NCBI GenBank assembly: GCA_026387175.1
Contig: JAPLME010000008.1
Location: 77,091-141,090 of the forward strand
Reading direction: 5' to 3'
From: Candidatus Omnitrophota bacterium
Lineage (GTDB): Bacteria > Omnitrophota > Gorgyraeia > 2-01-FULL-45-10
DNA length: 64,000 bases
This document shows, in pieces, positions 1 to 11,151 of the stretch (its first letter is position 1; every line of letters begins with the position of its first letter). The translations under genes were made by a program, and so were the position numbers. The notes under the pieces were generated by a model. The model was not told the origin of the DNA. It saw only the letters and a list, made by a program, of their open reading frames with translations, and ran no database searches.

Positions 1-1
1 A

Positions 2-523
2 AACCAGATGTGGGCGGCGCAGTTCTATAAGTTCACAAAGCCCAGGACGATGCTGTCATCGGGCGGGTTGGGGACGATGGGCTACGGTTTTCCAGCAGCT
101 ATAGGCGCGCAGTTGGGCGTGCCGGCAGCGCAGGTCTTCGATATCGCCGGAGATGGTTCGATACAGATGAATATACAGGAGCTCGCTACGGCGGTTGCGA
201 ATAAGCTGCCGGTGAAGATAGCTATATTGAATAATTGCTATCTCGGCATGGTGAGGCAGTGGCAGGAGCTATTCTATAAGCACAGATATTCATATACCTG
301 CCTTAACGGTACTGAGCCTGATTTTGTGAAGCTTGCCGAAGCCTACGGCGCGGTCGGCATGCTTATCACGAAGAAAGAAGATGTGCGGCCGGCTATAGAT
401 AAAGCGCTTAAGATAAATAATACGGTCATCATGGACTTCCGTATCGAACAGGAGGAGAATGTTTTCCCCATGGTGCCGGCGGGCGAAGCGATCAACAAGA
501 TGATAGGCGGAGGCCTGGCCTAA
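2..523 (+). CDS. ilvB: Acetolactate synthase large subunit, 3' part (truncated by window start)
   Basis: [17 protein letters not shown] and [12 protein letters not shown]...NN TPP-binding motifs; directly upstream of ilvN-ilvC. Confidence 0.95.
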   Translation, partial: NQMWAAQFYKFTKPRTMLSSGGLGTMGYGFPAAIGAQLGVPAAQVFDIAGDGSIQMNIQELATAVANKLPVKIAILNNCYLGMVRQWQELFYKHRYSYTCLNGTEPDFVKLAEAYGAVGMLITKKEDVRPAIDKALKINNTVIMDFRIEQEENVFPMVPAGEAINKMIGGGLA

Positions 524-525
524 AG

Positions 526-1041
526 ATGAAACATACGATATCGATCCTTGTGGAGAATAAATTCGGAGTGCTCGCGCGTATATCCGGGCTCTTCAGCGCA
601 CGGGGTTTTAACATATCGAGCCTCGCGGTAGGCGAAACCGAGGACCCTACGGTGTCGCGCATGACGATAGTGGTCGAGGGCGATGACAAGACCCTGGAGC
701 AGATAAAGAAGCAGTCGAATAAGCTCATCGACGTTATAAAGGTCATCGATTACAAAGAAGGCGATTTTATCGACAGGGAACTTATTCTTGTGAAAGTCTC
801 GATAAGCCCGAAGACGAAGAAGGAGGTCATGGAGGCGATAGAGGCTGTGGGCGCCAAGATAGAGTCTACTTCTGATAAGTCTCTGTGCGTAGAAGCGACC
901 GGAGATCGGGCCAAGATAAAGACGCTGCTCGAGTTATTAAGGCCTTTCGGTATACTGGAGGTCGTCAGGACCGGAAGGATAGCGATGGATACGACGGGTA
1001 AGGGTTTAAAGGCTGACGGAAAGCCTGAAGTCAACGAATAG
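526..1041 (+). CDS. ilvN: Acetolactate synthase small (regulatory) subunit
   Basis: ACT domain MKHTISILVENKFGVLARISGLFSARGFNISSL; C-terminal EVVRTG. Confidence 0.95.
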   Translation: MKHTISILVENKFGVLARISGLFSARGFNISSLAVGETEDPTVSRMTIVVEGDDKTLEQIKKQSNKLIDVIKVIDYKEGDFIDRELILVKVSISPKTKKEVMEAIEAVGAKIESTSDKSLCVEATGDRAKIKTLLELLRPFGILEVVRTGRIAMDTTGKGLKADGKPEVNE

Positions 1042-1059
1042 AAAGGGGATAGTAAAGAA

Positions 1060-2058
1060 ATGGCAAAGATTTATTATGATAAGGACGCGGACCTGAACAT
1101 CTTGAAGGGCAAGAAGATAGCTGTAATAGGATATGGCATACAGGGCCGTGGTCAAAGTTTGAATTTAAGAGATTCCGGACTCGACGTTATAGTGAGTGAG
1201 ATCCCGAGCTCAAAGAATTATGAGATAGCAAAGAAAGACGGGTTTAATCCGGTGCCGGCGGATGAGGCTTCAAAACAGGCCGATATTGTTCAGATATTGA
1301 CAGAAGACCATGTCCAGGCAAAGGTTTACCATGATTTGATAGCGAAGAACATGACGAAGGGGAAGGCTCTTCTCTTCTCCCATGGTTTCAATATACGCTT
1401 TAAACAGATAAAGCCGAATAAGAAGATCGACGTATTCATGGTGGCCCCTAAGGGGCCTGGTGCTCTCTGCAGGAGGATGTACGAAGAGGGCAAAGGCGTT
1501 CCATGCCTTATAGCGATATACCAGGATGCGACGGGCAATGCCAAACAGATCGCGCTTGCTTATGCCAAGGGCATAGGCGGGACGAGAGCGGGCGTTATCG
1601 AGACGACGTTCCAGGAAGAGACCGAGACGGATCTCTTCGGCGAGCAGGCGGTACTCTGCGGCGGAGCGAGCGAGCTCATAATGGCGGGTTTCGACACGCT
1701 GGTCGAGGCCGGTTACCAGCCCGAGATAGCGTATTTCGAGGTCCTGCACGAGCTTAAGCTGATCACCGACCTGATCCAGGAATACGGGATAAGCGGAATG
1801 AGGCGCAGGGTTTCCAATACGGCGTGCTATGGCGATGTGTCGCGCGGCAAGCGCATTATCAACGAGAGAACGCGCAAAGAGATGAAGAAGATGCTGAAAG
1901 AAATAGTCTCCGGCAAGTTTGCCAGAGAGTGGATAAGAGAGAATGAAGAGGGCAGACCTAGCTTCAATAAGATGCTTAAAGAAGGAGATGCTCATCCGAT
2001 AGAGAAGGTCGGCGAAGACTTAAGAAAGATGATGCCTTGGATGGGTAGCGGAAAATAA
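1060..2058 (+). CDS. ilvC: Ketol-acid reductoisomerase
   Basis: [10 protein letters not shown] Rossmann motif, [30 protein letters not shown]. Confidence 0.97.
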   Translation: MAKIYYDKDADLNILKGKKIAVIGYGIQGRGQSLNLRDSGLDVIVSEIPSSKNYEIAKKDGFNPVPADEASKQADIVQILTEDHVQAKVYHDLIAKNMTKGKALLFSHGFNIRFKQIKPNKKIDVFMVAPKGPGALCRRMYEEGKGVPCLIAIYQDATGNAKQIALAYAKGIGGTRAGVIETTFQEETETDLFGEQAVLCGGASELIMAGFDTLVEAGYQPEIAYFEVLHELKLITDLIQEYGISGMRRRVSNTACYGDVSRGKRIINERTRKEMKKMLKEIVSGKFAREWIRENEEGRPSFNKMLKEGDAHPIEKVGEDLRKMMPWMGSGK

Positions 2059-3572
2059 TGAGTAATGAGAAGATAACGATATTCGATACGACGCTCAGGG
2101 ACGGAGAGCAGTGCCCGGGAGCCAGTCTCGACATTAAGGCGAAGCTCGAGGTAGCGAAACAACTCGCTACCCTCGGCGTCGACATAATCGAGGCGGGATT
2201 CCCTGTCTCCAGTCCCGGAGATTTCGAATCAGTGAAGATGGTGGCCAGGAATGTGAAGGGGCCGATCATTTGCGGACTGGCACGCTCTATGGAAAAGGAT
2301 ATCGATGCGGCGTACGGCTCCGTGAAATTCAGCTCCCGGCCCAGGATCCACGTTTTCCTGGCTACTTCAAAGATACATATGAAATATAAGCTGAAGAAGG
2401 CGGAGGACGAGATCCTGAGGCTTGCGGTGGCCAGCGTAAAGTACGCGAAGTCGAAAGTCTCCGATGTCGAGTTCTCCCCCGAAGATGCTTCCCGGACGGA
2501 GAGGCCGTTTCTCTATAAGGTAGTGGAGGCTGTCATAGATGCCGGCGCCAGCACGGTGAACATCCCTGACACGGTAGGATATACCACGCCTTTTGAGTTC
2601 GCGGACCTGATCCGCAGTATTAAAGAGAACGTGCCGAATATCGAAAAGTGCGTTATCAGCGTCCATTGTCATAACGACCTCGGACTCGCTGTTTCTAATT
2701 CCCTGGCGGCCGTTTTGAACGGCGCCCGCCAGGTGGAGTGCACGATAAACGGCCTGGGCGAGAGAGCGGGGAACGCGTCACTCGAAGAGATCGTTATGGC
2801 GATAAAGACGAGGAACGACATATTCAAAGGGTTCTATACGGATATCCATACGAAAGAGATATATAAGACCTCAAAACTTGTCTCGAAGCTTACCGGTATA
2901 CTGGTGCAGCCGAATAAGGCTGTCGTGGGCGCGAATGCTTTTGCCCACGAGTCCGGCATACATCAGGACGGAGTGCTGAAAGAACGCATCACCTATGAGA
3001 TCATGAAGCCTGAAGATGTCGGGTTCGAAGAGTCGAAGATCGTGCTCGGCAAACATTCGGGCCGGCATGCCTTTGACTCGCGACTGAAGAGGCTGGGCGT
3101 GGATCTGAAGAAGGACGAGCTCGATAAAGCGTTCGAGCGCTTCAAGGTGCTTGCCGATAAGAAGAAAGAGATATTTGACGAAGATCTGGAAGCGATCATC
3201 GATGAGGAAATATTGAAAGTGCCGGAAAAGATACATCTTCTGCATTTTCATATATCCTCCGGTGACCGCGTTAAGCCGACCGCAGAGATAACTATAAAAT
3301 ACAACGGCAAGATCATTGAAGCGGGCTCTACCGGAGATGGTCCTGTGGATGCCTGTTATAAAGCGATTGACAAGATAACCGGCATTCCCGGGAAGCTCAT
3401 GGATTATCAGATACGCTCCGTTACCAGGGGTAAGGATGCTCTTGGGGAGGTATCGGTAAAGGTTGAGTCGAAGGGAAAGATATTTTCAGGCAGAGGCGCT
3501 AGCACGGACATAATAGAAGCCAGTATAAAGGCATATGTCAATGCTATCAATAAACGCGCTATTGCCGGTTAA
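2058..3572 (+). CDS. leuA: 2-isopropylmalate synthase
   Basis: [35 protein letters not shown]; C-terminal regulatory domain GDGPVDA. Confidence 0.96.
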   Translation: MSNEKITIFDTTLRDGEQCPGASLDIKAKLEVAKQLATLGVDIIEAGFPVSSPGDFESVKMVARNVKGPIICGLARSMEKDIDAAYGSVKFSSRPRIHVFLATSKIHMKYKLKKAEDEILRLAVASVKYAKSKVSDVEFSPEDASRTERPFLYKVVEAVIDAGASTVNIPDTVGYTTPFEFADLIRSIKENVPNIEKCVISVHCHNDLGLAVSNSLAAVLNGARQVECTINGLGERAGNASLEEIVMAIKTRNDIFKGFYTDIHTKEIYKTSKLVSKLTGILVQPNKAVVGANAFAHESGIHQDGVLKERITYEIMKPEDVGFEESKIVLGKHSGRHAFDSRLKRLGVDLKKDELDKAFERFKVLADKKKEIFDEDLEAIIDEEILKVPEKIHLLHFHISSGDRVKPTAEITIKYNGKIIEAGSTGDGPVDACYKAIDKITGIPGKLMDYQIRSVTRGKDALGEVSVKVESKGKIFSGRGASTDIIEASIKAYVNAINKRAIAG

Positions 3573-3591
3573 CGCTTTTTAACCAGGTACT

Positions 3592-3659
3592 GAAAATTAC
3601 CTAAGGTAATTTTCGTAAAGGTCCGCTTCGGTCACAAAAATCGATCAAGCGGACTTTTT
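3592..3659 (+). terminator. Tandem stem-loops after leuA; the second ends in a T-run (likely intrinsic terminator)
   Basis: GAAAATTACC-TAA-GGTAATTTTC (3592-3614), then AAAGGTCCGCTT...AAGCGGACTTTTT (3617-3659). Confidence 0.6.
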
Positions 3660-3667
3660 GGCTAATT

Positions 3668-4537
3668 ATGGAAAAAAAGATATACGGAATAGTGGGTTAC
3701 CCTGTGAAGCATTCGCTCTCTCCGGCGATGCAGAATGCCGCATTTCGCGAGCTTAAGATAGATGCCGAGTACCGTCTGTTTGAAGTTCCGGGCTCGGACC
3801 TCGAGCGGTTCCTTGATGACGTAAGAGGCGGGAACGATATCTCGGGACTTAACGTGACTATACCGCATAAGATAAAGGCCAAAGAATATCTTGAACGCAA
3901 CGGTTCTCTGGACGGGAACGCCGTAAGGCTCGGCGCGGTAAACACGATAAAGGTATGCGACGACGGGACTTTGCGCGGGTTCAATACGGACGGGCCCGGT
4001 TTTTACCGGTCGCTCGTCGAGGACCTTAAGTTCGAGCCCGAGGGCAGGAATATTTTCGTGCTCGGCTCAGGCGGCGCTGCCAAGGCCATCGTTATGTATC
4101 TGGGTAACGCTCCGAAGAGCATATCGGTATTCGACACGGACGCGAGGAAGGCCGCCGAGCTCGCCTCCCATTATGCAAAATACTTCGATCGTAAAAAACT
4201 GAGGATATTATCGGACGCTAAAGAGGTCGGAGGCGTTATCGCGAAGTGCGATCTTTTAGTGAACGCGACGCCTATAGGGATGAATGAGTCGGATCCCTCG
4301 CCCGTATCGAAAGAGTTACTGCGCCCGGGACTATATATATATGACCTAGTTTACAATAGGCCTCACACGCAGCTCGTGAAAGACGCCAATGCGGCGAAGG
4401 CTCACGCTTTAACGGGACTCGGTATGCTATTGTATCAAGGCGCGGCGGCCTTTGAGATATGGACCGGCGCTCAAGCGCCGGTGGCTGTTATGAGGCGCGA
4501 GTTAGGAAAAGCGCTTAAGGAACAGGGCAAAGCCTGA
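3668..4537 (+). CDS. aroE: Shikimate dehydrogenase
   Basis: HSLSPAMQN, NVTIPHK, GAVNT, NTDG, GSGGAA, GLGMLLYQG. Confidence 0.95.
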   Translation: MEKKIYGIVGYPVKHSLSPAMQNAAFRELKIDAEYRLFEVPGSDLERFLDDVRGGNDISGLNVTIPHKIKAKEYLERNGSLDGNAVRLGAVNTIKVCDDGTLRGFNTDGPGFYRSLVEDLKFEPEGRNIFVLGSGGAAKAIVMYLGNAPKSISVFDTDARKAAELASHYAKYFDRKKLRILSDAKEVGGVIAKCDLLVNATPIGMNESDPSPVSKELLRPGLYIYDLVYNRPHTQLVKDANAAKAHALTGLGMLLYQGAAAFEIWTGAQAPVAVMRRELGKALKEQGKA

Positions 4538-4538
4538 T

Positions 4539-5351
4539 ATGGGGAATTATTTGGACAAAATATTTGTTTTTATGATCGGCGCTGGTATTGGCAGCTTCCT
4601 GAACGTTTGCATACACAGGATGCCCAAAGATAAGTCGATAGCATTCCCGCCGTCGCATTGCCCGAAATGCAATAAGGGCCTTTATTGGTATGACAATATC
4701 CCTCTCTTTAGCTATGTGATCCTTCTGGGGCGGTGCAGGTTCTGCCGGCAGAGGATATCGTTACGATATCCGGTAGTAGAGCTCGCTACGGCGCTCATCC
4801 TGACTGTGTTATTTGTCATATTCGGCATGACTTCAAAATTCTTCGCGTATTCGACTATGGCATGCGCCCTCATAGTGGCGACGTTCGTGGACTTCGAGAT
4901 CCAGGAGATACCCGACCAGGTTTCGTTAGGCGGCCTCGCGGCGGGCATAGCGCTCTCTTTTCTGTTTCCTTCGATCATGGACTCGGTAAGCAGGATGCAC
5001 GCTCTTGCGGGTTCGCTTGCCGGTGCCCTTACTGGAGGCGGCAGTATATTTATCCTGAAAATATTCGGCACCCTTGTGTTCAAAAATAAGATCAAAGAAC
5101 TCGGTATCGGGAGCGCGATGGGCGATGGGGATATCAAGCTGATGGCCATGATAGGGGCATTTTTAGGATGGAAGCTTGTCTTGTTGACATTTTTTATAGC
5201 GCCTTTTTTGGGTTCCGTGCCCGGGATTATTTCAAAGATCAGGAGCGGTTCCGAAACCATTCCCTATGGGCCGTTCCTTTCGATGGCGGCCATGATATCG
5301 GTTTTTTTCGGCAATAAAATTTTAAGTATGTTTTCATACGGTCTTTTTTAA
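4539..5351 (+). CDS. pilD: Type IV prepilin peptidase (A24 family)
   Basis: GSFLNVCIHRMP, CPKC and CRFC Zn pairs, MGDGDIKL, IPYGPFL; multiple TM segments. Confidence 0.93.
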   Translation: MGNYLDKIFVFMIGAGIGSFLNVCIHRMPKDKSIAFPPSHCPKCNKGLYWYDNIPLFSYVILLGRCRFCRQRISLRYPVVELATALILTVLFVIFGMTSKFFAYSTMACALIVATFVDFEIQEIPDQVSLGGLAAGIALSFLFPSIMDSVSRMHALAGSLAGALTGGGSIFILKIFGTLVFKNKIKELGIGSAMGDGDIKLMAMIGAFLGWKLVLLTFFIAPFLGSVPGIISKIRSGSETIPYGPFLSMAAMISVFFGNKILSMFSYGLF

Positions 5352-5373
5352 AAGAAAAAGAAAGAGAGGCTTT

Positions 5374-6498
5374 ATGCTCAGATATTTGACAAGCGGTGAA
5401 TCTCACGGGAAAGCTATGATGGCGATACTGGATGGCATGCCCTCGGGCCTTCGCATTGAGGAGTCGGCGATCAATAACGACCTCTCCCGCCGCATGCGCG
5501 GTTATGGCAGGGGAAGACGGATGAAGATAGAGGCCGATAAAGTGCAGATACTCTCGGGCCTGAGGAAGTCGGTCACGATCGGAAGCCCGATCGCGCTAAT
5601 TGTGAATAATGTCGACCACTCCATAGATAAGCTGCCGGCCGTTCTATGTCCGCGGCCGGGGCACGCTGATCTATCAGGCGCTCTTAAATACGATCTGAGG
5701 GATATGAGAAGCGTATTGGAGCGCGCCAGCGCCCGAGAGACCGTAGTAAGGGTCGCTGTCGGGGCCCTTGCGAAAACGCTCTTATCGGAATTCAAGATCG
5801 ATATCGCGAGCCATGTCACTGTTATAGGCGGCGTAGAAGCCGAGACAAAAGACCTGGGCTTTAATCATCTCGTCTCGATTTCGGAGAAGTCGCCTGTCCG
5901 TTGCGCCGATCCCGATGCATCAAAGCTGATGTGCGCCGAGATAGAGGACGCTATGGAAGAAGGCGATACGCTCGGGGGGGTGTTTGAGGTAATTGCAAGA
6001 GGAGTTCCTGTTGGGCTCGGCAGTTATACGCAGTGGGACAAACGCATAGGTTCGCGTATAGCTTCCGCCATTATGTCTATCCAGGCCGTCAAAGGCGTCG
6101 GTTTCGGCGCCGGCTTCGAGATGGCGCATCTCAGGGGTTCACTGATACATGACGAGATATTCTACGACAAAAGAAGGGGTTTCTTCAGGACGACTAATAA
6201 CGCCGGCGGCATAGAGGGCGGCATGACGACAGGCGAGGCTATCGTGGTTAGGGCCGTCATGAAACCGATAGCGACACTTTCGACGCCTCTTGAGAGCGTT
6301 AATATAAAGACTAAGAGTCCGGTGAAGGCGAGTGTCCAGCGGTCGGATGTATGTGCGGTTCCCGCGGCGGGCGTGGTCGGAGAAGCGATGGTCGCGATAG
6401 AGCTCGCTAACGCGATGATAGAGAAGTTCGGCGGCGACTCGCTGCGTGAGATGAAGAGGAATTACAACGGCTATCTCGAACAGGTCAAAAAGTTCTAA
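5374..6498 (+). CDS. aroC: Chorismate synthase
   Basis: TSGESHG, PRPGHAD, ERASARET, NNAGGIEGG, RSDVCAVP. Confidence 0.97.
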   Translation: MLRYLTSGESHGKAMMAILDGMPSGLRIEESAINNDLSRRMRGYGRGRRMKIEADKVQILSGLRKSVTIGSPIALIVNNVDHSIDKLPAVLCPRPGHADLSGALKYDLRDMRSVLERASARETVVRVAVGALAKTLLSEFKIDIASHVTVIGGVEAETKDLGFNHLVSISEKSPVRCADPDASKLMCAEIEDAMEEGDTLGGVFEVIARGVPVGLGSYTQWDKRIGSRIASAIMSIQAVKGVGFGAGFEMAHLRGSLIHDEIFYDKRRGFFRTTNNAGGIEGGMTTGEAIVVRAVMKPIATLSTPLESVNIKTKSPVKASVQRSDVCAVPAAGVVGEAMVAIELANAMIEKFGGDSLREMKRNYNGYLEQVKKF

Positions 6499-6500
6499 CT

Positions 6501-7037
6501 ATGAATATAGTGCTGGTCGGGTTCATGGGAACGGGTAAGACGACGATCGCGATAGAGCTTTCGCACAGGCTCGGCATGAAGTACGTCTCGATCGACGATC
6601 TTATTGAAAAGAAGGAACGCCGCACCATAAACGAGATATTTACGAAGAGCGGAGAGGACTATTTCCGCGATGTCGAGAGCGCTGTCATAAGAGATGCCGT
6701 GTGCATGGACAACCTCGTGATCGATACCGGCGGCGGCGCCGTGATGCGGGACGAGAATGTGGCATATATGAAGTCGAACGGCGTTATCGTATGCCTTACG
6801 GCGGACGCGGATGTGATCATGGAGAGGACCAAGAAATACAAACACCGCCCGCTCCTTAACGTCGAAGACCCGAAGAGGAAGATACGGGATCTGCTTGCCA
6901 GGCGTTCGCCGTATTACGCGAAAGCCGATCATACGATAGATACCGGCAAATTTACAGTGAGACAGGTCATCGATAAGATAGCGGAGATAGCGGAGGCGAG
7001 ATTGAAACGGAGAGAGGGGCCAAAGGATGAATCCTAA
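6501..7037 (+). CDS. aroK: Shikimate kinase
   Basis: GFMGTGKTT P-loop, GEDYFR, TGGG, RPLL. Confidence 0.95.
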   Translation: MNIVLVGFMGTGKTTIAIELSHRLGMKYVSIDDLIEKKERRTINEIFTKSGEDYFRDVESAVIRDAVCMDNLVIDTGGGAVMRDENVAYMKSNGVIVCLTADADVIMERTKKYKHRPLLNVEDPKRKIRDLLARRSPYYAKADHTIDTGKFTVRQVIDKIAEIAEARLKRREGPKDES

Positions 7038-7338
7038 AGCGAGATTATGGATAGGCGCGACGCTTCTTATCGTCATATTGATCAATTATGTCCTGATAGG
7101 CGTGCCACTTATGTCGAAATCGCATTCGATCCAGGGAAAAGCAAAGGCTATTCTTATCAAGCAGGCTAAGTCGACAGGGCTCTTTAATAACTCTGATGAC
7201 GAATATCTCCTCGATATCTTTCGCAAAGAGAAGTCGTCTATAGATACGAAGATAACTATACTGAATGCAGTCGCCGCGACGCTTGCTTTTTTCGCGGCAA
7301 GTTGGACAGTATTCGGGCTGATCTTTAAGAGGAAGTGA
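7027..7338 (+). CDS. Small hypothetical membrane protein with two TM helices
   Basis: Overlaps the aroK stop; hydrophobic N- and C-terminal helices. Confidence 0.7.
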   Translation: MNPKARLWIGATLLIVILINYVLIGVPLMSKSHSIQGKAKAILIKQAKSTGLFNNSDDEYLLDIFRKEKSSIDTKITILNAVAATLAFFAASWTVFGLIFKRK

Positions 7339-7351
7339 GTAAGAGAAGGTT

Positions 7352-8263
7352 ATGGCAATAAGAAAAATAACGATAGACGATGCTGAGTATCCGAAGCTAT
7401 TGAGGAATATACACAAACCGCCGAAGCAGCTCTATGTAAACGGCAGCCTGCTGGAGACGGACGAGGTGGCGGTGGCTCTGGTGGGGTCGCGCAGGGCATC
7501 GTTATACGGCCTCGAGATGAGCGAGAAGCTTGGATATGAGCTTGCGTCGAGAGGTGTAACGGTTGTGAGCGGCATGGCGCGCGGCATAGATACCGCGGCG
7601 CACAGAGGTGCGTTGAAGGCTAAAGGCAGGACCATCGCTGTTATGGGAAGCGGCCACGGGCATATTTATCCGTCCCAAAACAAAAAGCTTTATGAAGAGA
7701 TTGTGAAACAAGGCGCTGTCCTTACCGAATTCGAAAATGATATGGAGCCGCTGGCATATAATTTTCCGCAGCGTAACCGTATCATAAGCGGCCTATCGCT
7801 CGGCGTCGTGGTTATCGAAGCGGCGAAGGACTCAGGTGCCCTGATAACGGCAAGCCTTGCGGCAGAACAGGGGCGCGAAGTCTTCGCGCTTCCCGGCAAG
7901 ATATCGTCCAGTACGAGTTCAGGCACTAACTCTCTGATAAAAGACGGGGCGCGGCTGGTTCAGTCGGTTGACGATATTCTGGAGGAATTACGGCTTCACG
8001 AGATAAAACCTCTTGAGCCCGGAGAAAAAGACGGCATAGGCGACAGGATAGAGAAGATGACAAAGGCGTATCTTTACAATTCACTTACCGGCAATGAACG
8101 AAAGGTATATAAGGCTATGTCGGACGAGCCGATGTATATAGACGATATTGTTGCTAGCTCAGGCATCGACCCGGCGAACGCGTCGAAGGCATTATTAAGT
8201 TTACAATTAAAGAAACTTATACTGGAAGTTCCAGGCAAGCAGTACGTTAGAAAGGAAAATTAA
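7352..8263 (+). CDS. dprA: DNA-processing protein DprA
   Basis: VGSR, VSGMARGIDTAAH, FPQRNRIISGLS, SGALITA; C-terminal wHTH. Confidence 0.95.
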   Translation: MAIRKITIDDAEYPKLLRNIHKPPKQLYVNGSLLETDEVAVALVGSRRASLYGLEMSEKLGYELASRGVTVVSGMARGIDTAAHRGALKAKGRTIAVMGSGHGHIYPSQNKKLYEEIVKQGAVLTEFENDMEPLAYNFPQRNRIISGLSLGVVVIEAAKDSGALITASLAAEQGREVFALPGKISSSTSSGTNSLIKDGARLVQSVDDILEELRLHEIKPLEPGEKDGIGDRIEKMTKAYLYNSLTGNERKVYKAMSDEPMYIDDIVASSGIDPANASKALLSLQLKKLILEVPGKQYVRKEN

Positions 8264-10278
8264 TGTCAAAATCATTAGTAATAGTCGAGTCTCCGGCAAA
8301 AGCCAAGACTATCAATAAGTTCCTCGGAGATAAGTATGTCGTAACAGCCAGTATGGGGCATATAATCGATCTGCCGAAATCGAAGCTTGGCGTGGATGTC
8401 GAGGACGACTTCAAGCCCGAATATATCGTGATGAAGGACAGGAAGAAGAACCTGACAGCGCTTAAAAAGGAAGCGAAGGGCAAAGCCGCGATATATCTGG
8501 CGGCCGATCCTGACAGGGAGGGCGAGGCCATAAGCTGGCATCTGCAGACCGCCCTCCAGGAGAAGGACAGGAAGTTCTACCGCGTCGAATTCGACGAGAT
8601 CACTAAAGAGGCTGTCACGAACGCCTTTAAGCATCCGAGAGATATCGATATGCATCTTGTCAACGCCCAGCAGGCCCGCCGTATCCTGGACAGGATAGTC
8701 GGCTATACCTTAAGTCCGCTCCTATGGAAGAAGGTGTCGAGAGGATTATCCGCGGGAAGGGTGCAGTCGGTCGCGGTCCGCCTGATAGTCGAAAGAGAGA
8801 ATGAGATAAATAAGTTCAATCCCAAAGAGTACTGGGATGTGCTGGCCGATCTCAAGCGTAAAGGAGACGAGCCTAAAGATAAATTCACCGCAAAACTGGA
8901 TAAATACAAAGATAAGAAGATAGACGTAGTGGCTAAAGACGAAGCCGACAGGATCACGGCCGAACTTAAACGTTCCGCATTTGTAGTCGGCGATATAAAA
9001 GAGTCCAGTAAGAGAAAGAGTCCTTATCCGCCATTTACCACATCGAAGCTTCAGCAGGAAGCCTTCAATAAACTGAGGTTCTCAGGTGCGCGGACAATGA
9101 GCATAGCCCAGGGCCTGTACGAAGGCGTCGACCTGAATGGGGAGGGGAGCGTCGGGCTCATTACATATATGAGAACCGATTCGGTGAAGATCTCAAAAGA
9201 CGCGCAAACCGACGCGAAGAAGTACATACTTGAAAAATTCGGCAAAAAATATTATCCGGAAACCCCCAATGTCTATAAGTCGAGGAAATCCGCTCAGGAG
9301 GCGCACGAATCCATAAGGCCGACGCTGCCTCTCAGGGAGCCTAATGCGGTAAAAGATTGCCTGACCCCGGATCAGTTGAAACTCTATACGCTTATCTGGA
9401 ACCGTTTCGTGGCCAGCCAGATGACTCCGGCGGTATATTCGCAGATTTCCGTGGAAATTAAAGCAGGGGACTATCTCTTCAGGGCCTCCTCGACCAGGAG
9501 CGTCTTCGACGGTTATACAGCTGTGTATGAAGTTGAAAAAGAGAAGGATGAATCCGATGAGGAGGCCAGGGCAAAGCTGCCCGATCTTTCAATTAACGAT
9601 CCGCTTGATCTATTGGAGCTCGTCCCAAGCCAGCACTTCACAAAACCGCCTCCAAGATATTCCGACGCATCGCTTATAAAGGTACTGGAAGAGCTTGGAA
9701 TAGGCCGTCCATCTACATATGCGCCGATCATACATACGATCACCACGCGTGATTACGTTACAAGGGAAGCCGGCTATTTCCGTCCGACGGAGCTGGGAGG
9801 CATCGTCACGAAACTTCTGATGGAACATTTCCCGAAGATCCTGGACGTAGAGTTCACCGCGAAGCTCGAGGATGAGCTTGACGGTATCGAGGAAGGCGAG
9901 ACCGACTGGGTGATGGTGCTTAAAGGTTTCTACTCACCATTCATTCATTCCGTGGAGCAGGCGAAGATCCAGATGAAAGATGTGAAAAGAGAAGTCATCG
10001 CTACGGACGAAATCTGCGCCCTGTGCGGCAAGCCGATGGTTATAAAGTGGGGCCGTAACGGCAAGTTCCTCAGCTGTTCGGATTACCCGACATGCAAGAA
10101 CGCCAAATCCATAACGACCGGCGTCAAATGCCCCACCGGCTGCGGCGGCGAGCTGGTCGCCCGCAAGTCGAGACGCGGCAGTTTCTTCGGCTGTTCCAGT
10201 TATCCGAAATGCAATTATATCAGTAAAAAGCTTCCTCAGGATACTGAGGAAAAGGCCGAAGACAAGGTGCTGGAATAG
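8263..10278 (+). CDS. topA: DNA topoisomerase I
   Basis: IVESPAKAKTI, DPDREGE, SAGRVQS, ITYMRTDS; two C-terminal Zn ribbons. Confidence 0.97.
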   Translation: MSKSLVIVESPAKAKTINKFLGDKYVVTASMGHIIDLPKSKLGVDVEDDFKPEYIVMKDRKKNLTALKKEAKGKAAIYLAADPDREGEAISWHLQTALQEKDRKFYRVEFDEITKEAVTNAFKHPRDIDMHLVNAQQARRILDRIVGYTLSPLLWKKVSRGLSAGRVQSVAVRLIVERENEINKFNPKEYWDVLADLKRKGDEPKDKFTAKLDKYKDKKIDVVAKDEADRITAELKRSAFVVGDIKESSKRKSPYPPFTTSKLQQEAFNKLRFSGARTMSIAQGLYEGVDLNGEGSVGLITYMRTDSVKISKDAQTDAKKYILEKFGKKYYPETPNVYKSRKSAQEAHESIRPTLPLREPNAVKDCLTPDQLKLYTLIWNRFVASQMTPAVYSQISVEIKAGDYLFRASSTRSVFDGYTAVYEVEKEKDESDEEARAKLPDLSINDPLDLLELVPSQHFTKPPPRYSDASLIKVLEELGIGRPSTYAPIIHTITTRDYVTREAGYFRPTELGGIVTKLLMEHFPKILDVEFTAKLEDELDGIEEGETDWVMVLKGFYSPFIHSVEQAKIQMKDVKREVIATDEICALCGKPMVIKWGRNGKFLSCSDYPTCKNAKSITTGVKCPTGCGGELVARKSRRGSFFGCSSYPKCNYISKKLPQDTEEKAEDKVLE

Positions 10279-11151
10279 ATGCAGAGGTATATAGATAAGT
10301 TCATGAATTATCTGAAGGTCGAAAAGAATGCCTCGGAGCATACTATTATAAACTATACTATCGACCTGAATGTCTTTAAGGCCTTTCTCGGCGATAAAGA
10401 GATCGAAACGGTGGACCATCTGGCCTTGCGCCGTTATCTGGCGGAACTTCGAGCGAAGAATTATTCAAAGAGGACCGTCGCCAGAAAACTCGCTTCCTTG
10501 AGAAGCTTTTTCAGGTTTCTCTTCCGTGAAGGGCATATAAAAAAGAACCCTATAACCGCCGTCCTGACACCAAAGCTTGACAAGAAATTGCCGGTATTTC
10601 TGGACACAGCAAAGATAGATAGGCTTCTTTCTGCGCCTACGGATAAGGATCTTGCGGGCTTAAGAGACCGGGCGTTATTGGAGACATTATATTCGACCGG
10701 AATCCGCGTCAGCGAGCTGGTGGGTCTTGATCTCAGCGATATAGATTTTATAAGCGGAGTCATAAAGGTGCTCGGTAAGGGCCATAAGGAGCGGGTTGTA
10801 CCCATAGGGGAACCGGCATTGGCTGCTATAAGAAAGTATGTCGATAAGAAGGCCGATGAGAAGGTTAATGACAAGGATGCCGTATTCTTGAATAAATCCG
10901 GCGGCCGCCTCACGGATCGAAGCGTCAGGCGGGTATTGGATAAACATATTAAGACGTGCAGCATATCCGAAAAAATATCGCCGCATTCGCTCAGGCATTC
11001 CTTTGCGACCCATCTCTTAGATCGCGGCGCGGACCTGAGGAGCGTTCAGGAGCTTCTGGGCCACATGAACCTGTCGACGACGCAGATATATACGCATGTT
11101 ACGATGGAGCGGCTTAAGTCGGTATACGATAAAGCCCACCCACGGGCGTAG
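10279..11151 (+). CDS. xerC: Tyrosine recombinase XerC
   Basis: LYSTGIRVSEL and HSLRHSFATHLL...LLGH...TTQIYTHV; classic dprA-topA-xerC context. Confidence 0.88.
   Translation: MQRYIDKFMNYLKVEKNASEHTIINYTIDLNVFKAFLGDKEIETVDHLALRRYLAELRAKNYSKRTVARKLASLRSFFRFLFREGHIKKNPITAVLTPKLDKKLPVFLDTAKIDRLLSAPTDKDLAGLRDRALLETLYSTGIRVSELVGLDLSDIDFISGVIKVLGKGHKERVVPIGEPALAAIRKYVDKKADEKVNDKDAVFLNKSGGRLTDRSVRRVLDKHIKTCSISEKISPHSLRHSFATHLLDRGADLRSVQELLGHMNLSTTQIYTHVTMERLKSVYDKAHPRA

Noticed and set aside
10279-11151. Tyrosine recombinase as a prophage or island integrase
   Set aside because: Size, motifs and the dprA-topA-xerC context indicate housekeeping XerC; there is no adjacent tRNA or cargo.
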